A stretch of DNA of 41,121 bases from positions 1 through 41,121 of the forward strand of contig DAOVKX010000001.1 of assembly GCA_030631505.1 (NCBI GenBank). The letters are read 5' to 3'. Within the stretch, counting starts at the first letter, position 1. Every line of letters starts with the position of its first letter. This document shows positions 17,937-26,678 of this stretch, one piece after another. The notes beneath the pieces were generated by a model. It was not told where the DNA came from and did no database searches. It saw only the letters and a program-made list of their open reading frames with translations. A program made the translations under genes and the position numbers. Source of the stretch: Candidatus Nanohaloarchaea archaeon. GTDB taxonomy: Archaea; EX4484-52; DAOVKX01.

Positions 17937-17976
17937 TCTCTACTCACATTTATTTTTTTCTTTTCAATAGTCTGTT

Positions 17977-20900
17977 ATGGAACTCTCTTTGGAAATTCAG
18001 GAATATTTTAGTATTCTGGATAAGGACATTCAAAAATCATATGAACTTGCAGGCAGGGCACGGGCCTTTGGGCTCGACCCGGAAAAAAAAGTAGATATTC
18101 CCATAGCAGAAGACATGGCGGCAAGAGTGGAAGGGTTGGTCGGGATGATGGTACCCTCTCTGGTTAACTCAGGCCTCAAGGAAGAGATAAGGGTATTGGA
18201 GAAAAATTACGGGAAAAACGATGAGCGGGTTGCACTAAAGTCAGCGGAACTGGTTGCAAAGGGAAAGTTCTGCAAGTTTGATTCTGTGGAGCAGGCGTTG
18301 GAAGTGGCAGTAAGAGTCGGCATTGCCTATACAACACTTGCTGTTGTTACAGCACCTCTTGAAGGCGTATCTCATGTTAAAATAAAGGAAAATTACGTTT
18401 CAATCTATTACGCAGGACCTATAAGGGCTGCAGGAGGAACTGCAGAGGCATTGTCTGTTCTGATTACAGATTATATAAGAAAACAACTTGGTGTTGGCGC
18501 CTACAAGCCAACTGAGGAGGAAATAAACAGGTATGCGACAGAGATAGAAGATTACCACCGGCTGGTTAACCTCCAGTATCTGCCGACGAAAAACGAGATA
18601 GTCAAAATAATAAAGAACTTGCCTGTATGTCTTGACGGAACACCTACAGAAAGAGCAGAAGTTTCAAATTACAAGGATTTACCCCGCGTTGAAACAAATA
18701 GGGTGCGTGGAGGGATGTGCCTGGTTCTTGCAGAGGGTGTGGCATCAAAAGCGGTAAAACTAACAAGGATTATAAACAAGCTTAAAAAAGAGTTCGACAT
18801 GGGAAGCTGGGACTGGATTACCGAATACATAAAACTTCAGAAAAAAGAACATACTGTAAGCAAAGAAGAAGTAGATTCAGGTGCGTTGTATTCTCCAAAC
18901 ACCAAGTATATTGAACGGGTTATAGCAGGAAGACCGGTCTTGTCTGACCCTGCAGAACCAGGGGGGTTCCGGCTGCGGTATGGAAAATCAAGAACTGCCG
19001 GGCTGGCGGCAACATCTGTACACCCCATCACTATGTATTTAACAGGATTTATGGCAATAGGGACCCAGATTGCAACCGAGCTTCCGGGAAAAGCAACAGT
19101 CTGTACACCAGTTTCAACAGTAGAGCCGCCGGTAGTTAAACTGAAGAATGGCTCGGTTATCCTGCTTGAAACAAAAGGCCTGCTGGACCAACATAAATCA
19201 GAGATTTCAGAAATACTTTCCTTGGGAGATATACTGATTCCATACGGCGAGTTTGTAAGTCAGGGGCACATACTGCTTCCCGGGGGCTACTGCGAAGAGT
19301 GGTGGGCTCTGGAAGTAAAAGAAGCGTTGAAAAAAAAACACCCGGCAACAGACGTATCAGCATACATTAAAAAACCCTACCTCGCACTACCTCTTGACAT
19401 GGCGTTTAAAATTTCAAGAGAACTTGGAGTTCCGCTGCACCCAAGATACAACTATTTCTGGCACGACATAACAAAAGAAGAGTTGGTAGAGCTCGCCGAA
19501 TGGGTTTCTGGAGGTGTGACTGAAAACAGTATGTTGATTCTGAACAATGCGCACCCCAAGGCAGTTTTGGAAAAAATATGCATGCCTCATGAGGTAGATG
19601 GAAGCAGGGTAACTGTGAACCTGGCAGCAGAACCTCTGTACGCTCTGTTGGGAGCTCCCACTCAGGGAAACCTTGACAGCATACGTTCCTTAGTGCTGGG
19701 CTCTTCAAGTGTCATGGACGCTCTCACAAAGCTTTCCGGCGTGAAGATAAGAGAAAAGGGAATAACAAGGGTGGGATCAAAGATGGGCAGGCCGGAAAAA
19801 GCAGAACGGCGGCTGATGAAAGGAAGGCCCCAGGTATTGTTTCCCTGTGGTTCGCAGGGAGGCAGGATGAGAAACATAACATGCGCTTATAATCTGGGTT
19901 ACATCGATTCTGTTTTTCCGCTTTTCACTTGTCTCAGCTGCAGGAAAACTGTATTTTTCCCAATATGTCCTGATTGCGGTTCAAAGGCAGAGAAACAATA
20001 TATATGCACAAAGTGCAGTGCCACAACAAAAGAAAAAATCCACAAGGGTTGCGGCGGCGAAGCAGTAAGATACAAACAGATAAAAGCTAATATAAAGCCC
20101 TTGCTTGAAAAAGCAATGAAAAATCTGGGCATTAGGGCTGTGCCTGAGCTTTTTAAAGGTGTTCGGGGCACATTTGGCAGAGACCGGTTGGTAGAACCAC
20201 TTGAAAAAGGCCTTCTGCGTGAAAAATATGGGCTTTATGTAAACAAAGACGGGACTGTCAGGTATGATTTAACAGATGTACCTCTTTCACATTTTAAGCC
20301 AAAAGAGATTGGAACTTCAATAGATAAACTAAAAGAACTTGGTTATACAAAAGACATTAACAACGAACCGCTTGAGAATGAAGAACAGATTCTGGCATTA
20401 AAGCCGCAGGATATAGTAATCTCAGATAACAAAGAGTTCTCGGGGGTTGATTATCTTATAAACATCTCAAAATTTGTTGATGAATTGTTGACGAAAGTAT
20501 ACAAGCTTAATCCATTCTATAACATTAAAAAACGCGAGGATTTAATGGGTCAGCTCGTTATAGGTCTGGCACCGCATACTTCAGCAGGCATTATCGGGCG
20601 GATAATCGGGTTCACTCCGGCAAAGGTGTGTTTCGCACACCCATTTTGGCATGCCGCAAAGAGGAGGAACGCAGACGGCGACGAGGACTCAGTAATGCTC
20701 CTTTTGGATGCCTTGCTTAATTTTTCAAGAGAATTTTTGCCAGATACAAGAGGTGCAAAAACCATGGATGCCCCTCTTGTTTTAACAACGCACCTTGACC
20801 CTGAAGAGGTAGACAATGAAGCGTGGTCTGTTGATGCGCAGGATGAGTATCCTCTGGAACTTTATGAATCTGCTATGAAATATGAACCTTCATGGGATTT

Positions 20901-21423
20901 GAAAGGGATAAATCTTGTTAAAAACTTCATCGGAACTCCGGAGGCGTACCGTGTGGGGTTTACCCATGATACAGAAGACATAAACGATGGGCCGGTTAAG
21001 AGCAAGTATGTCCTGCTGGAGGCAATGACAGAAAAAGTTGCAGCTCAGCTGGCTCTGGCCCAAAGAATAAGAGCTGTTGACGAAAACCGGGTTGCATCTC
21101 TGGTTTTATCAAAACATTTTCTAAAAGACATAAAAGGCAATCTGAGGACGTACTCCAGGCAGAAACTAAGATGTGTTAGCTGCAATGCAAAATACAGACG
21201 CCCGCCTCTGTTAGGCAAGTGTGTGAATTGTGGGGGGAAACTTCTGATGACAGTTCACGAAGGAACAATAAGAAAATACATAGAGCCCGCAAAACAGATT
21301 ATGGAGGGGTTTAAGGTCTCTTCATATTTAAGGCAGCAATTCTCTATTTTAGAGCAGGAAGTAGATGCAGCGTTTGGAAAAAAGGACCGGCAGGCAGTTT
21401 TGGCGCGGTTTAACGCATCGTAA
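17977..21423 (+). CDS. polC: DNA polymerase II (PolD) large subunit DP2
   Basis: A 1148-aa protein with the DP2 hallmarks: an N-terminal LAGRARAFGLDPE region, internal Cys clusters (CLSCRK ... CPDCGS ... CTKCS), GLAPHTSAGIIGRIIGF, NADGDEDSVMLLLD and a C-terminal Zn module CVSCNAKYRR ... CVNCGGKL. No intein-sized insertion. Confidence 0.97.
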   Translation: MELSLEIQEYFSILDKDIQKSYELAGRARAFGLDPEKKVDIPIAEDMAARVEGLVGMMVPSLVNSGLKEEIRVLEKNYGKNDERVALKSAELVAKGKFCKFDSVEQALEVAVRVGIAYTTLAVVTAPLEGVSHVKIKENYVSIYYAGPIRAAGGTAEALSVLITDYIRKQLGVGAYKPTEEEINRYATEIEDYHRLVNLQYLPTKNEIVKIIKNLPVCLDGTPTERAEVSNYKDLPRVETNRVRGGMCLVLAEGVASKAVKLTRIINKLKKEFDMGSWDWITEYIKLQKKEHTVSKEEVDSGALYSPNTKYIERVIAGRPVLSDPAEPGGFRLRYGKSRTAGLAATSVHPITMYLTGFMAIGTQIATELPGKATVCTPVSTVEPPVVKLKNGSVILLETKGLLDQHKSEISEILSLGDILIPYGEFVSQGHILLPGGYCEEWWALEVKEALKKKHPATDVSAYIKKPYLALPLDMAFKISRELGVPLHPRYNYFWHDITKEELVELAEWVSGGVTENSMLILNNAHPKAVLEKICMPHEVDGSRVTVNLAAEPLYALLGAPTQGNLDSIRSLVLGSSSVMDALTKLSGVKIREKGITRVGSKMGRPEKAERRLMKGRPQVLFPCGSQGGRMRNITCAYNLGYIDSVFPLFTCLSCRKTVFFPICPDCGSKAEKQYICTKCSATTKEKIHKGCGGEAVRYKQIKANIKPLLEKAMKNLGIRAVPELFKGVRGTFGRDRLVEPLEKGLLREKYGLYVNKDGTVRYDLTDVPLSHFKPKEIGTSIDKLKELGYTKDINNEPLENEEQILALKPQDIVISDNKEFSGVDYLINISKFVDELLTKVYKLNPFYNIKKREDLMGQLVIGLAPHTSAGIIGRIIGFTPAKVCFAHPFWHAAKRRNADGDEDSVMLLLDALLNFSREFLPDTRGAKTMDAPLVLTTHLDPEEVDNEAWSVDAQDEYPLELYESAMKYEPSWDLKGINLVKNFIGTPEAYRVGFTHDTEDINDGPVKSKYVLLEAMTEKVAAQLALAQRIRAVDENRVASLVLSKHFLKDIKGNLRTYSRQKLRCVSCNAKYRRPPLLGKCVNCGGKLLMTVHEGTIRKYIEPAKQIMEGFKVSSYLRQQFSILEQEVDAAFGKKDRQAVLARFNAS

Positions 21424-21441
21424 TGTCTGAGGAACAGATTC

Positions 21442-21600
21442 ATGATGAAACGCGATAAATACACAAATCTGTGTGGTGCATGTTATTGCGTTAAATTCTG
21501 CGCTCCTGCAGTTATTCTGATAATAGGGGTTTGGTTGTTCACGTTGAATGTTTTTTTAATTTCGCAAGAGGCAGGTCACAATGAAACAGACATGGCGTGA
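21442..21600 (+). CDS. possible Cys-rich single-pass membrane mini-protein (52 aa)
   Basis: My own translation: MMKRDKYTNLCGACYCVKFCAPAVILIIGVWLFTLNVFLISQEAGHNETDMA. It starts 19 nt after the polC stop, with CxxCxCxxxC followed by one hydrophobic helix. Support is only ORF plus composition. Confidence 0.25.
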   Translation: MMKRDKYTNLCGACYCVKFCAPAVILIIGVWLFTLNVFLISQEAGHNETDMA

Positions 21601-21604
21601 AAAA

Positions 21605-21629
21605 GTTCCACTTGAAACAAAGGGGTGCG
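21605..21629 (+). repeat. ORB-type element with G-string (second cluster)
   Basis: GTTCCACTTGAAACAAAGGGGTGCG has the same GTTCCA / GAAA / GGGGT block structure as the cdc6-proximal ORBs. Confidence 0.65.
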
Positions 21630-21644
21630 TATAAGACGTAAAAA

Positions 21645-21657
21645 CACAGGAAATAGT
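21645..21657 (+). repeat. mini-ORB-like core
   Basis: CACAGGAAATAGT shares CACAGGAAAT with the element at 21695-21718. It lacks the TTCC start and the G-string. Confidence 0.35.
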
Positions 21658-21694
21658 GAAATATCAACCAAAACGCTTATATATACTTCATCAG

Positions 21695-21718
21695 GTTCCA
21701 CAGGAAATGAAGGGGTCG
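21695..21718 (+). repeat. ORB-type element with G-string (second cluster)
   Basis: GTTCCACAGGAAATGAAGGGGTCG is nearly identical to ORB1 (GTTCCAGTGGAAATGAACGGGG) except in the dyad spacer and one base before the G-run. It ends 5 nt before the stop codon of the convergent TctA-like gene. Confidence 0.75.
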
Positions 21719-21722
21719 TGAA

Positions 21723-22958
21723 CTATCCGTTAATCAGCAGGATAACAAGAGGATTGAGTCCGGCAAAAAACAGGATTGTGGGCAGAATCAGCACACCCAT
21801 CGCAAAAGACCTTCCAACACCAAGAATGCCGCAGGACATGCCGATAGCAGTTCCTGTTATAAAAATCAGCACGCCGTATAGTCCCGTGAACATATACGTC
21901 AGGGTGAACAAAAAACACAGCGTGAAAAAGACCAGTTTTTTGTAATTAATTCTTTCAATTATGTGTATTGCATACTTGCCTGTCTTTAATGTGATTATAG
22001 ATGAAATTCCTGCAGCAAACAAACCAAGAGCAATAAAAAGAAAGACTGTATTAAGGGACAGTTCCCCAAGAAATTTTTGTATTGTGATTGCACTTCCGCT
22101 TCTTGCGTTTCCGATAAGATATATTGAAAGAACAGAAAGTATTATTGCGATAGTGTTTATTGCACCCAGCGCAGTTAAGAATTTTTTTCCGCCCTTTATG
22201 TGCCCGACTTCATGAACAAGAACAGCGGACTGTGAAGAACCCAAAGCAGGCAGGACCCCTGCAAGCAGTCCACCAAGAAAACCTGCAAAAGCACCGGCCA
22301 AGCAATCAGATGCCCCGAATTCAAACCGAAGTTTCTGTTTTGGGATTTTGCAGGAAGAATTATAGCTTAATAGCAGTATGCTTGCCCCGAACAAGCCAGT
22401 AAACACAGGCAGCAGCAGGAAGTTTTGATTAATAAGTCCGGAATTTAAAACCAGCAGGCCAAAGACGCCGGAAAGCAGAAAAACAAGCAGGGACTTCCAG
22501 AACTTTCCTGACACAAGGAGCATATACAGTATAACTGATATTAGCAGAACATGTATGTTCGGTCTTATCAGATTATATACTCCTGGGAGAAGTTTCATAG
22601 ATGCAGGCAAAGTAAAAACCAGTATTACAAACCCCAGCAGACCGCCGGTAACAGTTAGTGCAAGGGCTTCGTAACCTCTGCCCTTTAACAGCATTTTATG
22701 CGCAGGGAGTATTGACATGGCTGTTGAAGGGTCAGGAACTCCCAGGAATATAGAAGGTATGAAATCTGTTATTGTGTGCGTGACTCCCATAGTGATAATA
22801 AAAACACTGAGCAACAAAGGTTCAAAAGAATGCGTATAAAACAGGCCCAGCAGCATAACGCATATTGTGTTTATATGAAGTCCAGGTATAAGCCCGGTAA
22901 CTGTCCCGCTTAGAATCCCCAGAAACGCGAAAAGGAAAAGTTCAGAAAGCATACACAT
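21723..22958 (-). CDS. TctA/DUF112-family membrane transporter subunit
   Basis: A 411-aa protein with about 10-12 hydrophobic helices. It has N-terminal GILSGTVTGLIPGLHINT and repeated G-rich helices (AGAFAGFLGGLLAGVLPALG), as in archaeal DUF112/TctA-like proteins. Confidence 0.7.
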   Translation of the reverse strand: MCMLSELFLFAFLGILSGTVTGLIPGLHINTICVMLLGLFYTHSFEPLLLSVFIITMGVTHTITDFIPSIFLGVPDPSTAMSILPAHKMLLKGRGYEALALTVTGGLLGFVILVFTLPASMKLLPGVYNLIRPNIHVLLISVILYMLLVSGKFWKSLLVFLLSGVFGLLVLNSGLINQNFLLLPVFTGLFGASILLLSYNSSCKIPKQKLRFEFGASDCLAGAFAGFLGGLLAGVLPALGSSQSAVLVHEVGHIKGGKKFLTALGAINTIAIILSVLSIYLIGNARSGSAITIQKFLGELSLNTVFLFIALGLFAAGISSIITLKTGKYAIHIIERINYKKLVFFTLCFLFTLTYMFTGLYGVLIFITGTAIGMSCGILGVGRSFAMGVLILPTILFFAGLNPLVILLING

Positions 22959-22986
22959 ATTAATCTTCAGTTTCTAATATCTTTGT

Positions 22987-23316
22987 ATGATGCCAAACAT
23001 GAACCCGAAACAGATGAAACAAATGATGAAGCAGTTAGGGATGAACATGGAAGAAATTCCCGCCACCGAAGTCATAATAAAAACCAGCGACAGGGAAATA
23101 ATAATCACAGAACCCAAAGTTTCAAAAATAAAAGCAATGGGGCAGGAAACCTTCCAGATAGTAGGGATTGTGTCTGAGCGTGAACTTGATGAAGGAGTTT
23201 CCGAAGATGACGTGAAGCTGGTAATGGAGCAGGCAAACGTCTCAGAAGAAGAAGCCCGCAGGACATTGGAAGAAACAGGAGACATTGCAGAAGCAATTTT
23301 GAAACTGAAGAAGTGA
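22987..23316 (+). CDS. nac: nascent polypeptide-associated complex protein (archaeal NAC, NAC + UBA domains)
   Basis: MNPKQMKQMMKQLGM, the NAC beta-barrel segment (EVIIKTSDREIIITEPKVSKIKAMGQETFQIVG) and a C-terminal UBA-like EDDVKLVMEQANVSEEEARRTLEETGDIAEAI. Confidence 0.9.
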   Translation: MMPNMNPKQMKQMMKQLGMNMEEIPATEVIIKTSDREIIITEPKVSKIKAMGQETFQIVGIVSERELDEGVSEDDVKLVMEQANVSEEEARRTLEETGDIAEAILKLKK

Positions 23317-23348
23317 TGCAGACCAGCTAAACATAAAAACTTACTTTC

Positions 23349-23720
23349 TCAATCTTCAATAAAGTTCCTTCTCTGACAACAGTGACAGAACATTCGCGGC
23401 TTTTTTTCTGAATCATGCAGAATATCAAAAAACAAGGCAACCGCTTCTTCATTTATTTCTTTTTTTGTTACCGTAAAGTTTATTTCATTCGCAGTTCCCT
23501 TTGTTGTCTGCATAAGACATTTCACATTTTCAAGCCGTATGTCTTTCCGTGCCCTTTGTGTGAGGCATTCTGCATAAAGGACTGTATTCTCTGTATTGAA
23601 CGCATGCTCAAAGGTTTTCAGCGTGTTCTCAGAAGTGCCGAACTCTTTGTCAGAACCATTAATCAGGAACATACCTGCTAAAAAACAAAATACAATAAAA
23701 ACAAGGAGGTATGGCTTCAC
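23349..23720 (-). CDS. hypothetical exported/membrane-anchored protein
   Basis: A 123-aa ORF with an N-terminal hydrophobic signal/anchor (MKPYLLVFIVFCFLAGMFLI). It begins 12 nt downstream of secD on the same strand. No family recognised. Confidence 0.5.
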   Translation of the reverse strand: MKPYLLVFIVFCFLAGMFLINGSDKEFGTSENTLKTFEHAFNTENTVLYAECLTQRARKDIRLENVKCLMQTTKGTANEINFTVTKKEINEEAVALFFDILHDSEKKPRMFCHCCQRRNFIED

Positions 23721-23732
23721 CGGCTCACCTGT

Positions 23733-25211
23733 TCAGTACTTTCTGATGTATTCAACAACCTTCCCGTATGCAGGTCTTGTTATGAGCACGCCGATTGTCA
23801 CGCCCACAATTGTTGTTATTGCAAACCCCTTTAATGCGCCCCCTCCGGCTTGTATAAGAGGCAGCATTGCAGCAACAGTTGTAAAGTATGCAGTGGTTAT
23901 TATAAAAAACGCGTTTTTCAGCCGCTGCTTTAAACTTTGTATATTTCTTTTTCTTCCGCTTTCATCAGTGATTATAATCTGGTCATCCACACCCGTCCCT
24001 ACAGCAGCAAGGATACCTGCAATTGCGGGAAGGTCAATTGTCCAGTGAACAAACGAGGCAAATCCAAGAAGTATCACAACTTCGCTGCAGCAGGTTAAAA
24101 TTATGGATGCTACAATTTTAAGGTTCCTGTATCTTATGAACACCACAGCGCCTACGGCAAGAATCGCAAGGAATATTGCAACAATTGCAGTTTTTACAAA
24201 CTCATGGCCCAATGCCGAAGAAATTGTATCTATTTTGACTATGCTTACTTTCGTCGGCAAAGCCCCGGACTCAAGGATAGATTGCAGGTTTTTCATGTTT
24301 TTAATAGCAGCATCCCGCGATTCCCCTGGCCCGCTAATCATTATTGTCGTTTCAACCCTGCCTTTCAACCCGGAACCTATCTTGAGAGAATCCACTAAGT
24401 TGTCATCCAGATATAAATCTATATTGACATCTAAATAATCATCTCCGCCCGAAGCTATCCCTGTAAAACTAACTCCGGCATCCTTGGTTATCGCAGCAAA
24501 TCGTTCTGCTCCTTCCTTATTCAGCAATACTGTAAACATGAAGCGATATGCCCCGTTTCCTACGGGCTCAATCCTTGTGTGCTGGGGATCTTTTAGAACG
24601 TCGATCACATCCTCTCCATGATAAACTAATCCTGAAAGAACAACACCCGTATCTGTTTTGTTTATGTATTCAAACATGATATCCTCAAAAATAAAACTTT
24701 CATTTATCTCAACTCTTTGCTCATTTATCTCAAGAACATCCCCAAAAAGATGGACTGTGTATTCCTTCCCGTTTAACTTAAAAATACCGGTTTCATTTTG
24801 AATTTCTACAGCTCTGTTGATTTTTGCCTCAAATTTTCCCTGCTGTTCCAGCAGTTCAGACATCTCCATTTCAGTAAGTCCTGCCATTTCGACCTGTATG
24901 TATTTGGGATTTCCTGACAGGTCTCTCACAGGATAAATCTTTGTTTCAGTTAGCCCGAGAGCATTAACCCGTACGTTTAATTTCGTTATGCAGTCCTGAA
25001 TAATCTCAACAGTAACTGTTTCCGGCTGCAGCAGTGCCCTTACACCCCCCCGCAAATCAAGGCCTTGTTCTATGTTTGTCTCCAGAGCATAGGTATCGCC
25101 GTCTTTGGCATAATGCGGGTTAATGAAAACAACGGACACCAGCACAAAAACTATCAGAATCAGAATCCGGGCGCTCAATAAAAGTTTTTTCATATCATTC
25201 ATGCTCGTCAC
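23733..25211 (-). CDS. secD: protein-export membrane protein SecD
   Basis: N-terminal TM, then GLDLRGGVRA (SecD signature), a large periplasmic-type loop and a C-terminal six-helix bundle with AGILAAVGTGVDDQIII. Confidence 0.9.
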   Translation of the reverse strand: MTSMNDMKKLLLSARILILIVFVLVSVVFINPHYAKDGDTYALETNIEQGLDLRGGVRALLQPETVTVEIIQDCITKLNVRVNALGLTETKIYPVRDLSGNPKYIQVEMAGLTEMEMSELLEQQGKFEAKINRAVEIQNETGIFKLNGKEYTVHLFGDVLEINEQRVEINESFIFEDIMFEYINKTDTGVVLSGLVYHGEDVIDVLKDPQHTRIEPVGNGAYRFMFTVLLNKEGAERFAAITKDAGVSFTGIASGGDDYLDVNIDLYLDDNLVDSLKIGSGLKGRVETTIMISGPGESRDAAIKNMKNLQSILESGALPTKVSIVKIDTISSALGHEFVKTAIVAIFLAILAVGAVVFIRYRNLKIVASIILTCCSEVVILLGFASFVHWTIDLPAIAGILAAVGTGVDDQIIITDESGRKRNIQSLKQRLKNAFFIITTAYFTTVAAMLPLIQAGGGALKGFAITTIVGVTIGVLITRPAYGKVVEYIRKY

Positions 25212-26071
25212 CTAGTCTTTTTATGCTCCTTTTCAATAAACCATCTCAGAATTCCTACGTTTTGGAACCAAGTTGTTATCAGGTCTGCCAGCAACCCCAG
25301 TATAAGCACAAGAGCTATCTGGTCAAGAACTCGTGAAGTTGAAATAAGATAGAGAGTTGTAAATGCCGCAATGCTGGTAGCGGTCATTGTTACTCCGGTT
25401 TTGACTGAAGAGTTGATTCTTTCGTCAAGAGTGCCTTCTTCCTTTCGTTTCAGCACCCTTGTGGATAATAATATGTCAGTATCGACAGAGTAACCGAACA
25501 GCATCAGTAAAGCGGCAACAGTCGCAAGACTTAACTCTATCTCAAGAACAGACATCATCGCCATAGCAAAGAGTATGTCCGAAACAGCTGCAGAAATTAT
25601 TGCGACAGAAGGCACAAAAGTCCTGAATGTAAAAAAGGTAACAAGGGACATAAGGACAAATGCAATCAAAACCGCAATCTGGGCTTCCCTGAAAAAACCT
25701 TCCCCGAGCGTTGCGCCGACAAGGACCCGGTTTATGCCGTCTTCCTTATAGCTTATTCCCTGCTGTTCCAGCAGTTTTTCGATTTCACCAAGTTCAAGCT
25801 CATTTTCTGTTTCTATCACTATTGTCTGCCCTGCGTTTGATTTAATCGTCCTGACCATCCCGTTGACATCAATTTGTTCATGAAATGCAGTTTCAAATGT
25901 TTTTATATCAACAGCACCTTCTGTATAAATAGAGATTTCAGTTCCTCCGTTGAAATCTATGCCTTTATCAAGAAATTCTCCGGTCTCAGAATAATTCATA
26001 AGCAGGACACCGGCAGAAAACAAAAACAGCAGAATCGGCGGAATCATTAATTTTTTATAATCCTTTAGCAT
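25208..26071 (-). CDS. secF: protein-export membrane protein SecF
   Basis: GIDFNGGTEIS (SecF signature) after the first TM, and a C-terminal helix bundle with LLMLFGYSVDTDILL. It overlaps secD by 4 nt. The secF-then-secD order matches what I recall for archaea. Confidence 0.9.
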   Translation of the reverse strand: MLKDYKKLMIPPILLFLFSAGVLLMNYSETGEFLDKGIDFNGGTEISIYTEGAVDIKTFETAFHEQIDVNGMVRTIKSNAGQTIVIETENELELGEIEKLLEQQGISYKEDGINRVLVGATLGEGFFREAQIAVLIAFVLMSLVTFFTFRTFVPSVAIISAAVSDILFAMAMMSVLEIELSLATVAALLMLFGYSVDTDILLSTRVLKRKEEGTLDERINSSVKTGVTMTATSIAAFTTLYLISTSRVLDQIALVLILGLLADLITTWFQNVGILRWFIEKEHKKTR

Positions 26072-26105
26072 ACAATGGCCTCATGTCTGTTAAGTATCAC
26101 TTTAT

Positions 26106-26678
26106 TTAATCTGAATCTTTATCAAGATTTCTGAAAAAACCCATAGGTTGCCATTCTTTTGTCTCCTTTTTCTCTTCAGGTTCCGGCTCACTGCTTTTTT
26201 TTGTGTAGCCCATAGAGCGGTTAAACGCGTCTTCAGGGCTCATTTCAGTTTTTTGTTGGGGCTGCGCTGGCTCAAATGGCTTCGGCTCTTCAGTTGGCGT
26301 CTTGTGTTCAGAAAATAATGAGAATACGTTTTCTTTGGGCGCGCTTAATGGCTCTGCTGCCGGCATTTCTGGTTCCGCAGAAAACTGCCTGCTTGCCGGG
26401 TCTTTTATTAATATGTCGGGCGTTTTTAAAATCTCAAAACGCTCTAAGTCTGCTTTCTTTGATTCATCGGGCGCAACATGAAACAAATGGTCTATCTTGC
26501 CCCCCTGCTCCTTAACTCCTCCTGCATCTCTTGGAGGGGACGCAACACCCGGCGGTTCAGTCTTGCCCCGAAGTTCAACATAACCCTCCCTTCGCCGCTT
26601 AAGCAGATAATTTACCGCAATTGTCGCCAGTAATGCAAGCGAAATCAAAGACAGGTATTTCCAAAACAAAATGTCCAT
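26106..26678 (-). CDS. hypothetical single-pass membrane protein with Pro/Glu-rich tail
   Basis: One N-terminal TM (YLSLISLALLATIAVNYLL followed by KRRRE), then ~150 aa of low-complexity P/E/K-rich sequence. It ends 34 nt upstream of secF on the same strand. Confidence 0.55.
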   Translation of the reverse strand: MDILFWKYLSLISLALLATIAVNYLLKRRREGYVELRGKTEPPGVASPPRDAGGVKEQGGKIDHLFHVAPDESKKADLERFEILKTPDILIKDPASRQFSAEPEMPAAEPLSAPKENVFSLFSEHKTPTEEPKPFEPAQPQQKTEMSPEDAFNRSMGYTKKSSEPEPEEKKETKEWQPMGFFRNLDKDSD

